In this document: one piece after another, positions 49,615 through 53,446 of the stretch
Layout: each line of letters begins with the position of its first letter
Numbering within the stretch: the first letter of the stretch is position 1
NCBI GenBank assembly: GCA_001938485.1
Contig: MQRK01222116.1
Location: 1-53,446, forward strand
DNA: 53,446 bases
Source: Girardia tigrina
Taxonomy: Eukaryota
Direction of reading: 5' to 3'
Translations under genes and position numbers: made by a program
The notes under the pieces: model-generated
What the model was told of the DNA's origin: nothing
Seen by the model: the letters and a program-made list of their open reading frames with translations, nothing else
Database searches by the model: none

Positions 49615-50232
49615 CAGCGGCGTAGCCAGGATTGCAGAGGGGGGGGTGGAAAAAAATCCTGAAAGATCTAGTAATCTTAAATATAATTGGGGTGGCTAAT
49701 TATGTTTTAATTTTTTCAGAGGTGGGAGTGTCTCCCGATTTTAACCCTCTAAACTTAACATATTGACTGCTGTTTACATCATGCACCGAACGTCTGCTAC
49801 GCGCGCTACGCGTGGGACAAAAAAAGTTTTAGCATTAAGCCTTTTTAGCATTTAACACATTGAATGCTGAGTACGAGATATCTCGTACTTAGCGTCTTAG
49901 TAATGTAAGCCAAAGTACGAGATATCTCGTACTCAGCATTCAATGTGTTAAACGATCCTTAAGCTCCTTAAACGATCCTCGGACCTCCTTTTTTCTCCCC
50001 GATTAAAATCCAATCAAGGGTTTCTATATTAATCTTTGTTTTCAGCCTCGCCAGTAGGGCCGAAAACGTGGATTAAAATGGGAACGCCCAATTGGATTTT
50101 AATTGGGGGAAAAACGAGAGGTCCCGTTCCTCTAAGGTTTGTTTTTCGTAATAATTTTTTTAAACAATTTTTAGGGCATTTTATCAGGGGGGGTGGAAAT
50201 CCACCCAATCACCCCCCCTGGCTACGCGCCTG
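49615..50232. mobile_element. hAT MITE with 8-bp TSD
   Basis: CAGCGGCGTAGCCAGG / CCTGGCTACGCGCCTG termini; perfect TSD ATCAATAT (49607-49614 and 50233-50240). Confidence 0.9.
49852..49951. mobile_element. 100-bp TTAA-flanked palindromic mini-MITE
   Basis: Perfect ~38-bp inverted arms, each containing the palindrome AGTACGAGATATCTCGTACT. Confidence 0.85.
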
Positions 50233-50289
50233 ATCAATATTAAATAAATATAAATACTGAACTGATTGGTTATCCTTTAACCACGCCTT

Positions 50290-51341
50290 AACTACAGGAA
50301 TCTGGCAGAGATGCAATCTGCAGTATTATTAAGAGAAACCATTTAATATTCAATATCATTGTTTAATTAAATCTATTTCTCGAAAAGGAGTATACTTTAT
50401 CTACCCAAGATTTTGACATCTTTCAAAATGGATAAAGAGAAGGAAAATTCATGAATTTGAAAGATATGTTGCTGAAATTGGTTTTAATCATATTTCAAAA
50501 GTTCCGAATGGATTAATTCGGTTAAGGAAATACAAGATTCGAGGAATAGCTGTAAGCGAAACTTCTGTGGAACGAAATTTTAATATTCACAAAAAGATTC
50601 GTACATCTTTAAGAGTCAGTCGAAAAGAAGATATTGTTGATGATATGTTCTTCCTTTGATATGCTCATCCTTATAACACTTAAAGATGGCGATGAAAATT
50701 ATGTCGAAAATGAATAGGAATCTTTCAGTGATTAATAAAATTTTGTCTTTTTGTATTCCTTTATTTGTTTTTCTTAATGAATTATATTGAATGTATTATA
50801 TATAATATAATGCATACTACATAACAATTAATTTAATCCGGCCGCGCCCTACATTATAAAAATCTGAAAACAATTACAAATGATTTCCAGTAAAAATTTG
50901 AAAATTATTTTAAAAATATCAAAAAAATTCTTTCACTGTGGAAAAAAACGATAAATAACGTAAAATTCAAAATTTATTACTGGTTCGAATTCGAAATCGT
51001 TAAGTAAAACGAATCGCCAAAAAACGCTCGGCGAAATCGCAAAATCGATCGATGATTTATGAGATAAATCTATTAATTTGATATTTCTCTTCGCATATTC
51101 ATAGAATAATTGAAAAAGTGATAGTAATAAATTCGGTCGCGAATTTTTCGTCACGTAAATGTGAATTAATTTCGAAATATCGTTTGAAAATTCGGCAGAT
51201 AATCGCGTATCGGACAAAATATCGTGTCCCTAATTCGCTCGCCATCAGAACGGTATTAAAAAAACACAAAATCACTCACTTGATGTTTCAGACACTCGAA
51301 TATCAATTTAATCGAATCAATTTCAAAATTGCTCACATCTG
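50290..51341 (+). mobile_element. hAT 3' portion with CpG-rich subterminal repeats
   Basis: GIAVSETSVERNFNIHKKIRTSLR...DIVDDM (dimerisation domain); (T)CGA/AATCG repeats at 50960-51320; terminus GCTCACATCTG. Confidence 0.65.
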
Positions 51342-52997
51342 ATTGCATTTTGAATTTACCGATAAAAATGAATATTTAAACAAAACTGTTTTTTGTAAGA
51401 TAATTTCTCGTTTTTTCGATTTATCTTTGTTGTTGATCTATTTTTGAATTTAAATTTGAAATTTATGTTTTTCAATTGGATTTGATAATCTTTCAGAAAT
51501 TTAATGTGATCGTTATTCTTTAAAACAATACTTTAATTTGTAAGTTATTTAAAAAATGATCAATTTAAAAATTCTTTCTTGTTGAACTGAAATCCGGAAT
51601 TTATCAGTAGTAAATACTAATTGTGATTGATGGTTTGTATAATCATTTCATGTAATTATTGATTCAGTTATAAATTATCGACAGTGTGATAAACACAAAA
51701 TAAATAAAGTAGAATTAATGAATATCGTTTTTAAAAAATGATTGTGAAATTATTTTAAAAGGAAAAAAATGAAAAAATACAGAGAATGAATATATTCTCA
51801 AAACAATTATGCAGTATATCATAAAAATACTTTGACAAAAAATTAACAACATTTAGATTTTACATAGGGATACAAATTCATGTGCTATTTTTGAATATTT
51901 TTAACAAATTCAATGTTGAAAAAAGTATCATTTGAATCATTGAAATTATTTATAAGTTTCAATATCGACTAAACATAATCGTCTGATTTTTCCATTGAAA
52001 GAATTAAAACATTCATGACATTTTAAATGGATATTTATGGGTTAATTAAAAGAAAAATCTACTAGATCCGGTATACTGAAATCTTAAACAACCGAACACC
52101 TGATTTTTGTTTTAGTAAACCTATTGAATCGTCTCGATCATGCGAATAACCATACCCAAGAATTCTGAACCTTTATATCCCTCCACCAATGAACTTTTCT
52201 ATCACTTTTTGCCCTTCTACTCCTAATTGTATGAAGAGACACCTGTGCAGAGCCAGGATTTCATTTAAGTGGGGATATTGATGAACACGAGACACCTTCA
52301 CACACACATTATCACTCACGCATACACATATTGATACCGCAAAGGAGTTTTTTGGTCCTCTAAAATAGCGTTTCCATGTTGTTTATTGTTAAGTAAGAAT
52401 GAAGAGAGGCTTGGCGAAGAAATTAATGTGTATTCTTCAGAATTTGTATGGAATAAAGAGTTTACTAAAGATAAAAAGAGCTAAACTTGTAATTTAAAGA
52501 CCAGTAGTCATTGTTAGGTTCGTTGATGTTTCGAGCGGTTTGAGCTACATTATGCTCTAGCTTCAACTCAGAAGTAAATTTTGAAAAATCGCGTTTTGAC
52601 ATCTGTAATTAAAATCAAAATTATTAACAAAAGAAACATTATAATAAGTTTTAGACAAATATATCTTAAAGAGTATAAATTAAGCTTTTGAATGTCCCAT
52701 ACCATCATACATTACATAGCAACATAGATGCTTCAATCGTATTACATTGCACTAAATACAAAAAAAATCAAAAACCCGCATTCCTTTGGCAACAACTTAA
52801 TACTTAGAGTAGACACATTGAACCTATTATTATTGTACACCATCAATTATTAATATTTAACTCTAAATGCAAAATTCGACCACTGGGATTTTTATAGAAT
52901 AAATAGTTTGTTGGGGTTTCGAAAGATATATATAAACACTTTTGATAAAATTTTATGTAGAAAAAATTTAAAATAATTCTTTTGGTAAAATTATTAA

Positions 52998-53446
52998 AGT
53001 TACGATAGGTTTATGATCCATCAAAAACACGTTCAGTTATAAAATTATATTATTAAAACAAATTTAATTTAATATCATAACTCTCCCCGTCTTTTGAAAC
53101 CCGTCCAACGTTTCAACCATTCAATGCGTCTCTTTTTCACATCGTGTGGAAATTGGATTTCTACCTGANNNNNNNNNNNNNNNNNNNNNNNNNNNNNNNN
53201 NNNNNNNTATTGGAAATCATTCTTGTTCCTTTTGTTAGGATCTACCCTGACCAGTACCATCTCCCCTTCCTTGAAATGTCTTTCACCTCGGATCGAATTT
53301 TGATATGTTTTCATTTTCTCCGCTGTTATTCTGGAATTGATCCGGGCCTCTGCAATAATCTCATCTCTTGTTTTAGTGTGGCAACCAACTGCGGAATGGA
53401 TGTTCACTTTCCGTCCGAAAACAATTTCAAAAGGTGAGAACTTTGT
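52998..53446 (-). mobile_element. Gypsy-type LTR retrotransposon 3' end (integrase C-terminus, polypurine tract, candidate short LTR)
   Basis: RHFKEGEMVLVR...KRRIEWLKRW (GPY/F-type C-terminus); PPT AAAAGACGGGGAG immediately followed by AGTTATGATA. Confidence 0.7.

Overview
AT-rich eukaryotic (almost certainly metazoan) genomic DNA with assembly N-gaps; no prokaryotic gene organisation. One unidentified multi-exon protein-coding gene runs on the minus strand across most of the window. Phase-consistent exons lie near 47.1, 37.8, 23.0, 22.7, 14.8 and 5.5 kb, with several further candidate exons and very short introns. Its large introns are filled with nested, mostly decayed transposons: about 9 mariner copies or fragments, a Minos-like IR/DR Tc1 with an intron, DD37E and DD41D elements, pogo/Tigger, hAT elements with 8-bp TSDs, TTAA piggyBac-type MITEs, a TGTGAGG-ended inverted-repeat family, a 13-bp satellite and the end of a Gypsy pol. 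The most notable signal is a set of Penelope-type GIY-YIG endonuclease 3' modules carrying minimal hammerhead ribozymes (6 motifs). One is a 620-bp unit in which an uninterrupted GIY-YIG-only ORF sits between two inverted hammerhead-containing repeats. All calls are by eye from the sequence and ORF track; no searches or folding programs were run, and coordinates may be off by a few bases.
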